A stretch of 64,000 nucleotides of DNA, taken from Polyangiaceae bacterium. Lineage in GTDB: Bacteria > Myxococcota_A > Polyangia > Polyangiales > Polyangiaceae. Shown here piece by piece: positions 39,357 through 48,957 of this stretch; the first letter of the stretch is position 1, and each line of letters starts with the position of its first letter. Where the stretch lies: NCBI GenBank assembly GCA_035063585.1, contig JAPSGB010000009.1, positions 32,001 to 96,000 on the forward strand, in the 5' to 3' direction. The notes beneath the pieces are model-generated. The model was not told where the DNA came from, made no database searches, and was given only the letters and a program-made list of their open reading frames with translations. The position numbers were made by a program, and so were the translations under genes.

Positions 39357-40558
39357 CGCGCAGTCGAGAGCGCGCCGCGGGCGAGCGCCTCGAAGTCCGC
39401 GCTCGCGGGCAGGCGCCCCTCGGCACGCTCGGGCCGCCCTCCGCCGCGCCCGCCCTCGACGCCGCTCGTGAGCCGCTTCACGAACCCTCCGCAATCGAAC
39501 CCGCTCTCTTTGCCGCGCGCAGCGAGGATCGGGATCCCCTCCGCGGTACCGCCGGCGAGCAGCGCTGCGCTGTCGGGGAGCGCGCTGGTCACCCGCTCGG
39601 CGATGGCGCGGAGCAACTCGGCCGGCGCGCCGTCGAGCCGCAAGACGAGCGCGCGCTCCCCGTTCGCGCGCGCAGCGTCGACGAGCTCTCGCGCGCTCGC
39701 TTCTGCGACACGCGCCTGCACGAGCCCGAGGCTCTCGCGCACCTCGGTGAGGTGGTGACGTAGCCGCTGGACGGCGGCGGGGACCTCGTCCGGGCCGCAG
39801 GTGAGCTCGCGGGCGAGCGCGCGGAGCACGCCGGCCTCGTGGGAGAGCTCCGCGCGCGCGCGGCGCCCGGCGGCGAAGGAGATCCGCAGCCCGCCCTTAT
39901 AGCGCTCGACGCCGCTCACGCGCACGAGCCCGACCTCGGCGCTCGAGCCGCAGTGCGTGCCGCCGCACGGCGTCACGTCGAACTCACCTATTTGCACCAC
40001 CCGCACCTCGCGCTCGACCTTCGGCGCGCGACGGAGCGGGAGCGCCGCGAGCTCGCCGGGCTCGGGGAACCACGCGCGCACCGGGACGGCGTCATCCACC
40101 ACCGCGTTGGCGAGCGCCTCGGCGCGCGCGAGCTCGGCCTCGGGGAGCCGCGCCGCGTCCACGTCGATGGTGCAGGTCGTCTCACCGAGTCGCGAGGACA
40201 CCGTCTCGGCCCGGGCGATCTCGAAGAGCGCGCGCGAGAGGAGGTGCTGGCCAGTGTGGAGCGCCATGTGCACGCGTCGGCGCTCGGCGTCGATCCGCGC
40301 TCGGACGCGTGCCCCGACCGCGGGGAGCTCGCCCTCGACGAGGTGATGCACCGCTCCGTCGCCGTCGAGCTGGACGTCGTACACTCTGCGTTCGGCAATT
40401 TCGCCCCGATCGGCCATTTGACCGCCGCTCTCCGGATAGAAAGCCGTCTCCTCGAGCAGGAGCGATGGCCGCCCCGCATGCTCGCCGTGCGCGCACACCC
40501 GCGCATCGAAAGAGAGGAGGAGCGGATCGTCATACCAGAGCCGCGCGGCCAGCGTCAT
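39350..40558 (-). CDS. Alanyl-tRNA editing protein (AlaX-L, with DHHA1)
   Basis: FYPESGGQMAD, HTGQH, CGGTH and GRGGG. Confidence 0.9.
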   Translation of the reverse strand: MTLAARLWYDDPLLLSFDARVCAHGEHAGRPSLLLEETAFYPESGGQMADRGEIAERRVYDVQLDGDGAVHHLVEGELPAVGARVRARIDAERRRVHMALHTGQHLLSRALFEIARAETVSSRLGETTCTIDVDAARLPEAELARAEALANAVVDDAVPVRAWFPEPGELAALPLRRAPKVEREVRVVQIGEFDVTPCGGTHCGSSAEVGLVRVSGVERYKGGLRISFAAGRRARAELSHEAGVLRALARELTCGPDEVPAAVQRLRHHLTEVRESLGLVQARVAEASARELVDAARANGERALVLRLDGAPAELLRAIAERVTSALPDSAALLAGGTAEGIPILAARGKESGFDCGGFVKRLTSGVEGGRGGGRPERAEGRLPASADFEALARGALSTARQ

Positions 40559-40617
40559 GCCGGCGTCCTAGCACGGCCCGAACCGGCCATGGTTCCGCGC
40601 CGGACCAACATCAATCT

Positions 40618-41118
40618 TCAATCGTAGCTGATGGCGAGGATCTCGACGTCGATCTCTCCCGCCGGTCGCCGCACGGTGACCACGTCGCCGACGCGGCGCT
40701 TCATCAGCGCCTGGCCGAGCGGCGAACGGAAGCTCAGCCGGCCCCGCGAAGGATCGGCCTCGTCTGGGCCGACCACCAGGTAGCGGCTGCGCTTACCGTC
40801 CTCGTCTGCGACCTCGACGGTGGCTCCGAAGTACACGACTCCCGGCGTCCGCGCCTCGGCCTCGACGATGACCGCGCTGTCGAGCTTCCTGGTGATGAAG
40901 CGGATCCGGCGATCGAGCTCCCGGAGTCGCTTCTTGCCGTAGATGTACTCGGCGTTCTCCGAGCGGTCTCCTTGCGCGGCCGCGTCGGACACCTCCTGAA
41001 CGACGCGCGGGCGCTCCACGCTCGCGAGCTCCCGGAGCTCGGCGGCGAGTCGCTCAGCCCCTTCTCGGGTGAGGTAGCTCGGGCTCCTGGGCTTGTCCAC
41101 GAGCCGCGAGCGTATCAT
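40618..41118 (-). CDS. greB: Transcription elongation factor GreB
   Basis: AAAQGDRSENAEYIYGKKRLRELDRRIRF and SPLGQAL. The start may be ~18 nt downstream (GTG). Confidence 0.93.
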   Translation of the reverse strand: MIRSRLVDKPRSPSYLTREGAERLAAELRELASVERPRVVQEVSDAAAQGDRSENAEYIYGKKRLRELDRRIRFITRKLDSAVIVEAEARTPGVVYFGATVEVADEDGKRSRYLVVGPDEADPSRGRLSFRSPLGQALMKRRVGDVVTVRRPAGEIDVEILAISYD

Positions 41119-41130
41119 CTTGAACCCGAC

Positions 41131-42456
41131 ATGGTCTCGCGTCAGAAGCGCCGCGCGCGGCTCCTGCTCGCAGGGCTCGCGGCGCTCGTAGCAGCCTCGG
41201 GCGTCGGGCTCCTGCTCGGCGCCGAGCCCCTGGCCCGAGCGCTCCTCGTGAAGGAGGCGCGCGCCCGCGGCGTCGTGCTCGAGCCGGGCGAGGTGAGCCT
41301 CGGCCTCGGCGCGGTCGAGCTCAGCGGAGCGCGCTTCACGCTCGACGGCGTGGGCGGGCTGAGCGGCGCGGTCGAGCGTCTTCGAGTCGAGCTCACCGGG
41401 CTGTCACCGTCCGAGCTGACGCTCGACGGCCTATCGCTCCGCGCCGAAGGGGCTCCCTCGGAGCTCATCGACGAGCTCTCGAAGTTCTCGGCGCGCTATC
41501 GGGGCACGGGTGAGCTACCGCTCACGGCGACGCGGCTCTCGGCGAGCTGGCGGCCGAGCGCGGAGGCCGCGCCGCTCATCGAGCTGGGCGGCGGCACCGC
41601 CTCGCATCGCTCGCGTCGCTGGGTGGTGGACGCCTCGACGCTCGCCGTCAAACGGCTCGAGGTCGGACCGCTCCACGTCGAGGGCGGCGGCGACGGGGCC
41701 CGTCTCTCGGTTGGGCTCGGGCTCGGGCTGGCTGCCTCCGCTCCACCACCGCTCACCATGAGCGTGGCGCGCTCCTCGGGCGGAGTGACCGCCGATCTCA
41801 CCCTCTCGCCGCTCGATCTCTCGAAGCTCGACGGCGCGCTCGGCGCGGCGATCTCCACGCGCGGCGTCCGAGCGAGCGGCACGCTCCACCTCGAGCGTGA
41901 AGCGCCAGGCACCACGACGGGGCGGCTCGCGCTCGAGCTCCGAGGCTTCGTGCCGCCGCACCCGCGCGAGCTCGACGGGATCGTGTTCGGCGATCTCACC
42001 GAGCTCGAGGTGAGCTTCGCGGTCGACGAGGCGCGGCAGGCGGCGTCGCTCGACCCGGTCCGAGCCAAGGCTGGAGCGTTCAAGCTCAGTGGGAAGGGCG
42101 CGCTCTCGCACGACGCCTCCGACACACGCCTCGACCTCGCGCTTCGAGGCGACCTCCCATGCACCGACCTCGCGCGCTCCGCGGCCACCTCGGCGCTCGG
42201 CAGCGTGGTGGGCGCCTGGGTAGGCCACGCGGCGAAGCAGGCCGTCTCGGGCTCGGTCGGCATCACCTGGCTCATCGCGGCGAAGGCGAGCGACCTCACC
42301 CACCCGGAGGTGCGGACGGCCGTCGGCGTGGGCTGCGGGCTAAAGCCCCTCGCGCTGCCGAAGCTCGATTTGCCGAAGCTCGATTTGCCGAAGCTCGAGG
42401 TGCCCGGGCTACCGAAGCTCCAGGTGCCCGGGCTACCGAGACCCGGGCCGCCCTGA
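41131..42456 (+). CDS. AsmA-like beta-rich envelope protein with an LPKL-repeat tail
   Basis: N-terminal TM segment and alternating beta-strand pattern. The tail is LPKLDLPKLDLPKLEVPGLPKLQVPGLP. Confidence 0.6.
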   Translation: MVSRQKRRARLLLAGLAALVAASGVGLLLGAEPLARALLVKEARARGVVLEPGEVSLGLGAVELSGARFTLDGVGGLSGAVERLRVELTGLSPSELTLDGLSLRAEGAPSELIDELSKFSARYRGTGELPLTATRLSASWRPSAEAAPLIELGGGTASHRSRRWVVDASTLAVKRLEVGPLHVEGGGDGARLSVGLGLGLAASAPPPLTMSVARSSGGVTADLTLSPLDLSKLDGALGAAISTRGVRASGTLHLEREAPGTTTGRLALELRGFVPPHPRELDGIVFGDLTELEVSFAVDEARQAASLDPVRAKAGAFKLSGKGALSHDASDTRLDLALRGDLPCTDLARSAATSALGSVVGAWVGHAAKQAVSGSVGITWLIAAKASDLTHPEVRTAVGVGCGLKPLALPKLDLPKLDLPKLEVPGLPKLQVPGLPRPGPP

Positions 42457-42466
42457 GCCAGACCGG

Positions 42467-45400
42467 TCAGTTCGAGAAGGTCAGGGTGTACGGCAGGCAG
42501 CTGTTCGAGGCACCGGTCGCGATGACCTGCACGTACAAGGTCAGCGTCGAATTGAACGGCGCTTGGAGGAAGCCGGGCCGACTCGAGTCGGCTGGGCTGC
42601 CGAAGCCCCCGCACGTGTTCGCGTAGGTGAAGCCCCACTCGGTGATGTTCTTGGTCGAGGTGCCCGTCTCCCCACCCACCGAGCAGGCCATACCCGCGCC
42701 GCCGCACGAGCCGAACACGTGCATGGTGAGCGGCGCGCCGCCGTTGGTGAGCTTGATGGTCGGGCCGTAGCCGCAGACGGGGATCGACGAGAACCTCACC
42801 ACGTACCAATCCTGATCTCCGGTCGGCACCAGGTTTCCGTTCACTTGCACCGGGGTCACGTCGACCCCGACGGTCCCCGCGTCCGCGGCGCTCGCGCAGG
42901 TGTTGGCGACGCTGTCCGCAGCGCACTCGCAGCCGTCCGCATAGGTGCCGTTCGTGTCGTAGGTGCCGGGCGCGCACTGGTTGATGGCGCAGTCTGCCGC
43001 GGAGCACTGATACGTCGTGACGTTCGGGCGGCCGTCCGCGCGGCAGTCACGGACGCAGCTTCCGCAGTGCGCGACGTCGTTCGAGATGTTCGTCTCGCAG
43101 CCGTTCTGCGGGTCGCCGTCGCAGCTGAGGTGCGACGAGTCACACTGCGGCTTACACTGGCTCCCGGTGCAGCTCGTGCTGGTCGCGCCGGCCGTGCTGC
43201 AGGTCGCCCCGCACGCGCCGCAGTTATTCACGTTGTTCGTGAGGTTGGTCTCGCAGCCATTGTTGCGGCTGGGGTCGCAATCGCCGTAACCCGCGGTACA
43301 TACGGGAGCGCACTGCCCGCTGCCGTTGCAGGGGTTGGTCCCGTGATTTGCCACGCAGACCGCCCCGCAGCCGCCGCAGTTGTTGGGGTCGGTGTTCTTG
43401 TTGATCTCGCAGCCGTTGAGCCCAATTCCATCGCAGTCGAGGTGGCTCCCATCACACACCGGCACGCACGCGCCGTTGACGCAGCTCGTGCCGGAGGCGC
43501 CCGCCGCGCTGCACACGACGCCGCAGCCGCCGCAGTTGAGCGGATCGCTGAGCAGGTTCGTCTCGCAGCCGTCCGCCGGGTTGGTCTTCGAGCAGTCCGC
43601 GAACCCGGCGGCGCAGGTGGGCGCGCAGAGTCCGCTCGCGCAGGTCCGGGTCGTCACGTTGGCGGTGCCGCAGACGATCCCGCAGTCGCCGCAGTTGTTG
43701 ACGTTGTTGGTGATTTGCGTCTCGCAGCCGTCCCCGGAGTTGCCGTTGCAGTCCAGGTAGCCCGCCGCGCAATTGGTCTGGCACACGCCGTTCGAGCACT
43801 GTGGCGTGCCGCCCGCGCTCGAGCACTTGTGCCCGCAGGAGCCGCAGTTGTTGGGGTCGTTCGAGGTCCGGATCTCGCAGCCGTCGGCGGGATCGGCGGT
43901 CGAGCAGTCGCTGTAGCCGGCCGCGCAGGTCGGCTTGCACTGCCCGGCTTGACAGCTCCGCGTCTGCACGTTCGCGGTCCCGCACGCCGTCCCGCAGCCG
44001 CCGCAGTTGTTGACGTCGGCCGTCGTGTCGACGAGGCAACCCGCCTTCGGATCTCCGCTACATACCGCGAACCCGGAGTTGCAGGTCGGGGCGCAACTCC
44101 CGTTCGTGCAGACCACCCCACCATGCGGGTTCTGGCAGGTCGTCGCGCAGTTGCCGCAGTGCTGCGGGTCGGTCTTGATGTTGGACTCGCAACCGTTGTT
44201 CGGCTGTCCGTCGCAGCTCTGGTGCGAGGCGTCGCAAATCGGCGAGCAGGTGCTCGCGACGCAGCTCGTGCTCCCGTAGGCGTTCGTACACTTGGTGCCG
44301 CACGCCCCGCAGTTGTTGGCGTCGCCGGTCGTCGTCGTCTCGCAGCCGTTGACGAGGTTACCGTCGCAGTCAGCGGCTCCGTTGACGCAGACCGGCGCGC
44401 ACTTTCCGGCGCCGCAGCTCGTGGTGCCGTTCAAGTTGGTGCACTTGGTGCCGCACGCGCCGCAATTGTTGGCGTCGTTCTGCGTGTTCACCTCGCAGCC
44501 GTTGACCAGGTTCCCGTCGCAGTTCGCCCCGCCGGCGCACACCGGGACGCAGGCCCCATTGCTGCAACTCGTGCTGCCGTTCGGGTTGCTGCACGCGACG
44601 CCGCAGGCGCCGCAGCTACCGACCGTGGTCTTCAGGTTCGTCTCGCACCCGTTGGTGGGATCGCCGTCGCAGTCGCCCCACCCGGCGCTGCAGACCGGCC
44701 GGCAGAGCCCCGCGCTGCACGACGTGCTCCCATGGGAGTTCCCGCAGGAGATGCCGCAGGCGCCGCAGTTGTCCGGATCGGTGGAGATCGGATCTTCACA
44801 CCCGTTGTTGGCGTTGTCGTCGCAGTTCCCCCAGCCGCTGCTGCAGACGATCTTGCACTTGCTCGCCTGGCAATAGGCGGCTCCGTTGGTCTTGTCGCAC
44901 GCGTTGCCGCAAGCGCCGCAGTTGGCGACATCCTGCCCGAGGTCCGACTCGCAGCCCGTCCCGGGGGAATTGTCGCAGTCCCCATAGCCCGTGACGCACT
45001 GGAGGATGGAGCAGTAACCGACCGTGCAGCCCCAGTTATAGACCTTGGTGGCGGCGGGGTTCTTGGTGGCGCACTCGGCGGCGATGTTCAGCACGTTGTC
45101 GGTCGTGCCGTCGCAGTCGTCATCCTTGCCGTTACAGGTCTCCGCCGAGGCCTTGGTGACGACCACGCAAGACGCCTTCCCGCCGGTGCACTGCGTGGTG
45201 CCGTCCTGGCACACCCCGAGCTGGCCGGTGTCGCAGTAGAACCCGTTCAGGCCGTTGTCGAGCTGCCCGTCGCAGTCGTTGTCCTTGCCGTCGCAGACCT
45301 CGGTGGACGGGAACACGGTCTGCGTGCACTCCGACTGGCCGTTACAGGTGGTCTGTCCGGTGAGGCACGGCCCCAGGAGTCCGGGCGGGCTGGTCACCGT

Positions 45401-46201
45401 GCACGCCGCGCCTGCGCCCGCAAACCCGTCGTCGACCGTGCCGTTGCAGTCGTCATCGAGCCCGTTGCAGACCTCGGTCGAGGACTGAACGTTCTGGCGG
45501 CACTCGAGGTTGCCGCTCGCGCACTGGGTCGTGCCGAACGCGCAGACACCTTGCTTTCCCGTCTGGCACTGCTGGCCAGACTCAGGGTTGTTCTCGTCGA
45601 CCGATCCGTTGCAGTTGTCGTCGATGCCGTTGCAGAGCTCGGTCGTCGGTTGGTTCACCGAGACGCAGACGAGCATCCCATTGGTGCAGTCGAGCGTCCC
45701 CTCGGCGCACGCGCCCTTCTTCCCTTGCACGGTGCACGCGCCGCCGCCGCCCGGGTTGCCCTCATCGATGATCCCGTTGCAGTTGTCGTCGAGCCCATTG
45801 CAGACTTCCGGGATCTCGGCGCATGGCGTGGCGTCCGCGCCGTCGCTCGCGCCGTCGTCCGGCGCGTCCGAGGGCGCGTCCGTGCTGGCATCGAGCCCGG
45901 CCGCGCCGCCGAATCCCGCCAAGCCCGCTGTCCCCGCGGCTCCGCTCGCGCCGCTCACGCCGCCCGCACCGCCGGTGCCGCCCGCTCCGCCGGTGCCGCC
46001 CGTCCCTCCGGCTCCGCTCGAGCCTCCGCCCGTCCCTCCGGCGTCGAGGCCCGCGTCCGCGGCCGCCGCGCCGCCGCTCCCGTCGTCGGAAGCCTCACCA
46101 CCGGACGCGCAGCCCGTCGCGCTGGTCGCGCCAGCGACCAGCCAGACCACGGCAGCGCCACAGACGATCCGCGAGAGCCTTCGAAGAGCGTTCTGCATCA
46201 C
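42467..46201 (-). CDS. Large Cys-rich surface lipoprotein (5 ExCNGxDDxCxG repeats + 13 DxxNCGxCGxxC-type repeats)
   Basis: Repeats counted in the translation. Lipobox ATGC, Gly/Ala linker and a C-terminal GDQDWY beta-domain. Confidence 0.9.
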   Translation of the reverse strand: MMQNALRRLSRIVCGAAVVWLVAGATSATGCASGGEASDDGSGGAAAADAGLDAGGTGGGSSGAGGTGGTGGAGGTGGAGGVSGASGAAGTAGLAGFGGAAGLDASTDAPSDAPDDGASDGADATPCAEIPEVCNGLDDNCNGIIDEGNPGGGGACTVQGKKGACAEGTLDCTNGMLVCVSVNQPTTELCNGIDDNCNGSVDENNPESGQQCQTGKQGVCAFGTTQCASGNLECRQNVQSSTEVCNGLDDDCNGTVDDGFAGAGAACTVTSPPGLLGPCLTGQTTCNGQSECTQTVFPSTEVCDGKDNDCDGQLDNGLNGFYCDTGQLGVCQDGTTQCTGGKASCVVVTKASAETCNGKDDDCDGTTDNVLNIAAECATKNPAATKVYNWGCTVGYCSILQCVTGYGDCDNSPGTGCESDLGQDVANCGACGNACDKTNGAAYCQASKCKIVCSSGWGNCDDNANNGCEDPISTDPDNCGACGISCGNSHGSTSCSAGLCRPVCSAGWGDCDGDPTNGCETNLKTTVGSCGACGVACSNPNGSTSCSNGACVPVCAGGANCDGNLVNGCEVNTQNDANNCGACGTKCTNLNGTTSCGAGKCAPVCVNGAADCDGNLVNGCETTTTGDANNCGACGTKCTNAYGSTSCVASTCSPICDASHQSCDGQPNNGCESNIKTDPQHCGNCATTCQNPHGGVVCTNGSCAPTCNSGFAVCSGDPKAGCLVDTTADVNNCGGCGTACGTANVQTRSCQAGQCKPTCAAGYSDCSTADPADGCEIRTSNDPNNCGSCGHKCSSAGGTPQCSNGVCQTNCAAGYLDCNGNSGDGCETQITNNVNNCGDCGIVCGTANVTTRTCASGLCAPTCAAGFADCSKTNPADGCETNLLSDPLNCGGCGVVCSAAGASGTSCVNGACVPVCDGSHLDCDGIGLNGCEINKNTDPNNCGGCGAVCVANHGTNPCNGSGQCAPVCTAGYGDCDPSRNNGCETNLTNNVNNCGACGATCSTAGATSTSCTGSQCKPQCDSSHLSCDGDPQNGCETNISNDVAHCGSCVRDCRADGRPNVTTYQCSAADCAINQCAPGTYDTNGTYADGCECAADSVANTCASAADAGTVGVDVTPVQVNGNLVPTGDQDWYVVRFSSIPVCGYGPTIKLTNGGAPLTMHVFGSCGGAGMACSVGGETGTSTKNITEWGFTYANTCGGFGSPADSSRPGFLQAPFNSTLTLYVQVIATGASNSCLPYTLTFSN

Positions 46202-46393
46202 GAGCTCGCAAGGTGAAGAGATCGATCAACGCAGAGAAGAGCGCGCCCTGCGAGTTCGAGCATCTCACGCGCTCGTCTTCGCCGTCAACGAGCGCCGGGC
46301 CTGCCCCATCGCCGCCGACGCCCGGCGACGACGTAGGTGGCGCACCGCCTTTGTCGGTTGTCGCCGCGCGGACTTCCCGCCAGCATGCGCGCC

Positions 46394-47428
46394 ATGGCAG
46401 TCGTCACGATTCTCGGCGCGGGGATGATGGGCAGCGCGCTCGCGCTGCCGCTCGTCGACCACGGACACGAGGTGCGCTTGGTCGGCACCCATCTCGACGC
46501 GGACATCGTCGAGAACCTCCAGTTACGTCACTTTCACCCCGCCCTGAAGCTCGAGCTCCCGCGAGAACTTCGCGTCTTTCCCGTCTCCGAGCTCGGGCGG
46601 GCGCTGGAGGGCGCGGAGCTCATCGGCGTCGGCGTGAGCTCGCCTGGCGTCCGCTGGGCGGCAGAGCAGCTCCGTCCGTACCGACTCGCCGGCCGAGACC
46701 TCGTGATGATCACGAAGGGGCTCGACTGGGATGGCGAGACGCTCCGCGCCCTGCCGGACGTGCTCGCCGACGGGCTCGGCGGAGGGATCGCGCCGGTCGC
46801 GGTCGCGGGACCGTGCATCGCCGGCGAGCTCGCGAGGCGGGTCGAGACCTGCGTGGTGCTCACCGGGCGCGACCCGGACGCCCTCGCGCGGGTCGCCGCG
46901 CGGCTGCGCGCGCCCTATTACCACCCCTTCACGAGCCCTGACCTGCTCGGCGTCGAGGTGTGCGCGGCGCTGAAGAACGCCTACGCGATGGGCATCGCCT
47001 TCGCGCAAGGGCTGCACGAGCGCGGCGGCGGCGCGCCCGGCAGCGTGGCCATGCACAACAGCGAGTCCGCCGTGTTCGCTCAGGCGGTCGTGGAGATGCA
47101 GCGCGTGATCGGCGCCCTCGACGGCGATCCGGCGAGCGCGGTCGGGCTGGCGGGCGTCGGCGATCTCGACGTCACCTGCAATGGCGGCCGAACTGGGCGC
47201 TTCGGGCGCCTCCTCGGCCTCGGACTCGGGCGCGACGCCGCCATCGAGCGGATGGACGGCGCGACGCTCGAGTGCCTCGACATCCTGCGGGTGATGCGCG
47301 CAGCAGCGCCGTCGCTCGCCGCGCGCGGCGCCGGCGCGCTCCCGCTGCTCGCGCACCTGGCCGAGGTCGCCCTCGACGACGCGCCGGTCGAGCTGCCCTT
47401 CGCGCGCTTCTTCGGAGCGCTCGGGTGA
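46394..47428 (+). CDS. Divergent NAD(P)H-dependent glycerol-3-phosphate dehydrogenase family protein
   Basis: GAGMMG, ITKG, GPCIA, EVCAALKN and GVGDLDVTC. Confidence 0.85.
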   Translation: MAVVTILGAGMMGSALALPLVDHGHEVRLVGTHLDADIVENLQLRHFHPALKLELPRELRVFPVSELGRALEGAELIGVGVSSPGVRWAAEQLRPYRLAGRDLVMITKGLDWDGETLRALPDVLADGLGGGIAPVAVAGPCIAGELARRVETCVVLTGRDPDALARVAARLRAPYYHPFTSPDLLGVEVCAALKNAYAMGIAFAQGLHERGGGAPGSVAMHNSESAVFAQAVVEMQRVIGALDGDPASAVGLAGVGDLDVTCNGGRTGRFGRLLGLGLGRDAAIERMDGATLECLDILRVMRAAAPSLAARGAGALPLLAHLAEVALDDAPVELPFARFFGALG

Positions 47429-48957
47429 CGGCGCCGCTCGTCATCGCCATCGACGCGAGCACCACCGCGTGCAAAGCCCTCGTCTTCGGGGCCGATGGTC
47501 GGCTCGTCGCGGAAGCTCGCGCGCCGATCACGCTCGCCAACCCAGAGCCCGACGGCTGGGAGCAAGACGCGGAAGAGTGGTGGGACGCGACCGAGCGCGC
47601 GCTCGCCGGCGCGGTGCGTGCGCTCGACGAGCCGGGCGCGGTGCGTGCCGTCGCGCTCACCCACCAGCGCGAGACGTTCGTGCTCACTGACCGGAGCTCG
47701 ACCCCGCTCCGGCCGGCGCTCACGTGGATGGACGCACGCTGCCGACGCGAGGTGGAAGCGGCCGTCGCCGCGCTCGGGGCCGAACGGCTGCACGAGGTGA
47801 CCGGCAAGCCGCCCTGCACCACCCCATCACTTTACAAATTGATTTACCTATTGAAGCGCGAGCCCGCGCTCCGCGCGGCGCGCCCGATGATGGCGGACGT
47901 GCACGCCTTCCTCGTGCGGCGACTGACGGGCCGCTGGGCGACCTCGCTCGCGTCGGCCGATCCGCTCGGCCTCGTCGACCTCCGCGCGCGCGACTGGTCG
48001 GACGAGCTGCTCGCGCTCGCCGGGCTCGACCGCGACCAGCTCCCCGCGCTGGTCGAGCCGGGCGAGCAGCTGGGTGCGCTCGCCCGCGAGCTCGCCGAGC
48101 GGCTCGGCTTGCCCGCGGGCGTCCCGGTGATCGCCGGCGCGGGCGATGGTCAGGCGGCCGGGCTCGGCGCGGGGCTCGCAGGCCCCGAGCGCGCGTACCT
48201 GAACCTCGGCACCGCGATCGTGAGCGGTGTCTGCTCGCGCGAGTACCTGTTGAGTCGCGCCTTCCGCACCATGATGGGCGCCGAGCCCGGCACCTATTTC
48301 CTGGAGTCCGATCTGCGAGGCGGCACCTTCACGCTCGACTGGCTCGCCAAGGGGTGGCTCGGCCGAGGCCGCGCCGCGCTCGACGAGCTCGAGCGCGAGG
48401 CGAGCTCGCTTCCACCAGGAAGCGATGGGCTCGTGCTCTTGCCGTACTGGAACGGCGTGATGGATCCGTACTGGAACGACGACGCGACCGGGGTCACGCT
48501 CGGGTGGCACGGCGCGCATCGTCCGGCGCACCTCTACCGCGCGATCCTCGAGGGGATCGCCTTCGAGGCGCGCCTGCACCTCGAGTCGCTCGAGCGAACG
48601 ACCCGCCACCACGTCGCCGAGCTCATCGTCATGGGCGGCGGCTCACGGAGCGAGCTCTGGTGCCAGGTGCTCGCGGACGTCACCGGCCGCAGGGTGACGC
48701 GCGCCGGGAGCGCGGAGGCGACCGCGCTCGGGGCCGCCATCCTCGCCGCCGTGGGCAGCGGCGTCCACCCCGAGCTTGCCGCCGCGACGCGCGCCATGAC
48801 GAGTCTCGGCGCGCGCTTCGCTCCGGGCGACCACCAGCCGCTCTACGACGTCTATTATCGCGACGTCTACGCCGGGCTCTACGAATCGCTCGCCGCTCGC
48901 CTCGACGCGCTCGCTGCGCTCCGGCGGCGCGCCAACGCGGCCCATTCGGCCGGTTAG
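47425..48957 (+). CDS. FGGY family carbohydrate kinase (xylulokinase-like)
   Basis: IDASTTACK, WMDAR, GAGDGQ, ILEGIAF, GGGSRS and EATALGAA. GTGA overlap with the upstream gene. Confidence 0.92.
   Translation: MTAPLVIAIDASTTACKALVFGADGRLVAEARAPITLANPEPDGWEQDAEEWWDATERALAGAVRALDEPGAVRAVALTHQRETFVLTDRSSTPLRPALTWMDARCRREVEAAVAALGAERLHEVTGKPPCTTPSLYKLIYLLKREPALRAARPMMADVHAFLVRRLTGRWATSLASADPLGLVDLRARDWSDELLALAGLDRDQLPALVEPGEQLGALARELAERLGLPAGVPVIAGAGDGQAAGLGAGLAGPERAYLNLGTAIVSGVCSREYLLSRAFRTMMGAEPGTYFLESDLRGGTFTLDWLAKGWLGRGRAALDELEREASSLPPGSDGLVLLPYWNGVMDPYWNDDATGVTLGWHGAHRPAHLYRAILEGIAFEARLHLESLERTTRHHVAELIVMGGGSRSELWCQVLADVTGRRVTRAGSAEATALGAAILAAVGSGVHPELAAATRAMTSLGARFAPGDHQPLYDVYYRDVYAGLYESLAARLDALAALRRRANAAHSAG

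Noticed and set aside
42563..46216. Very long antisense ORFs (1217 aa here; also 26480-29395, 47724-50576 and 12462-15131)
   Set aside because: Arg/Ala/Gly-rich translations with no motifs, overlapping well-supported genes. They are expected shadows at this GC content.
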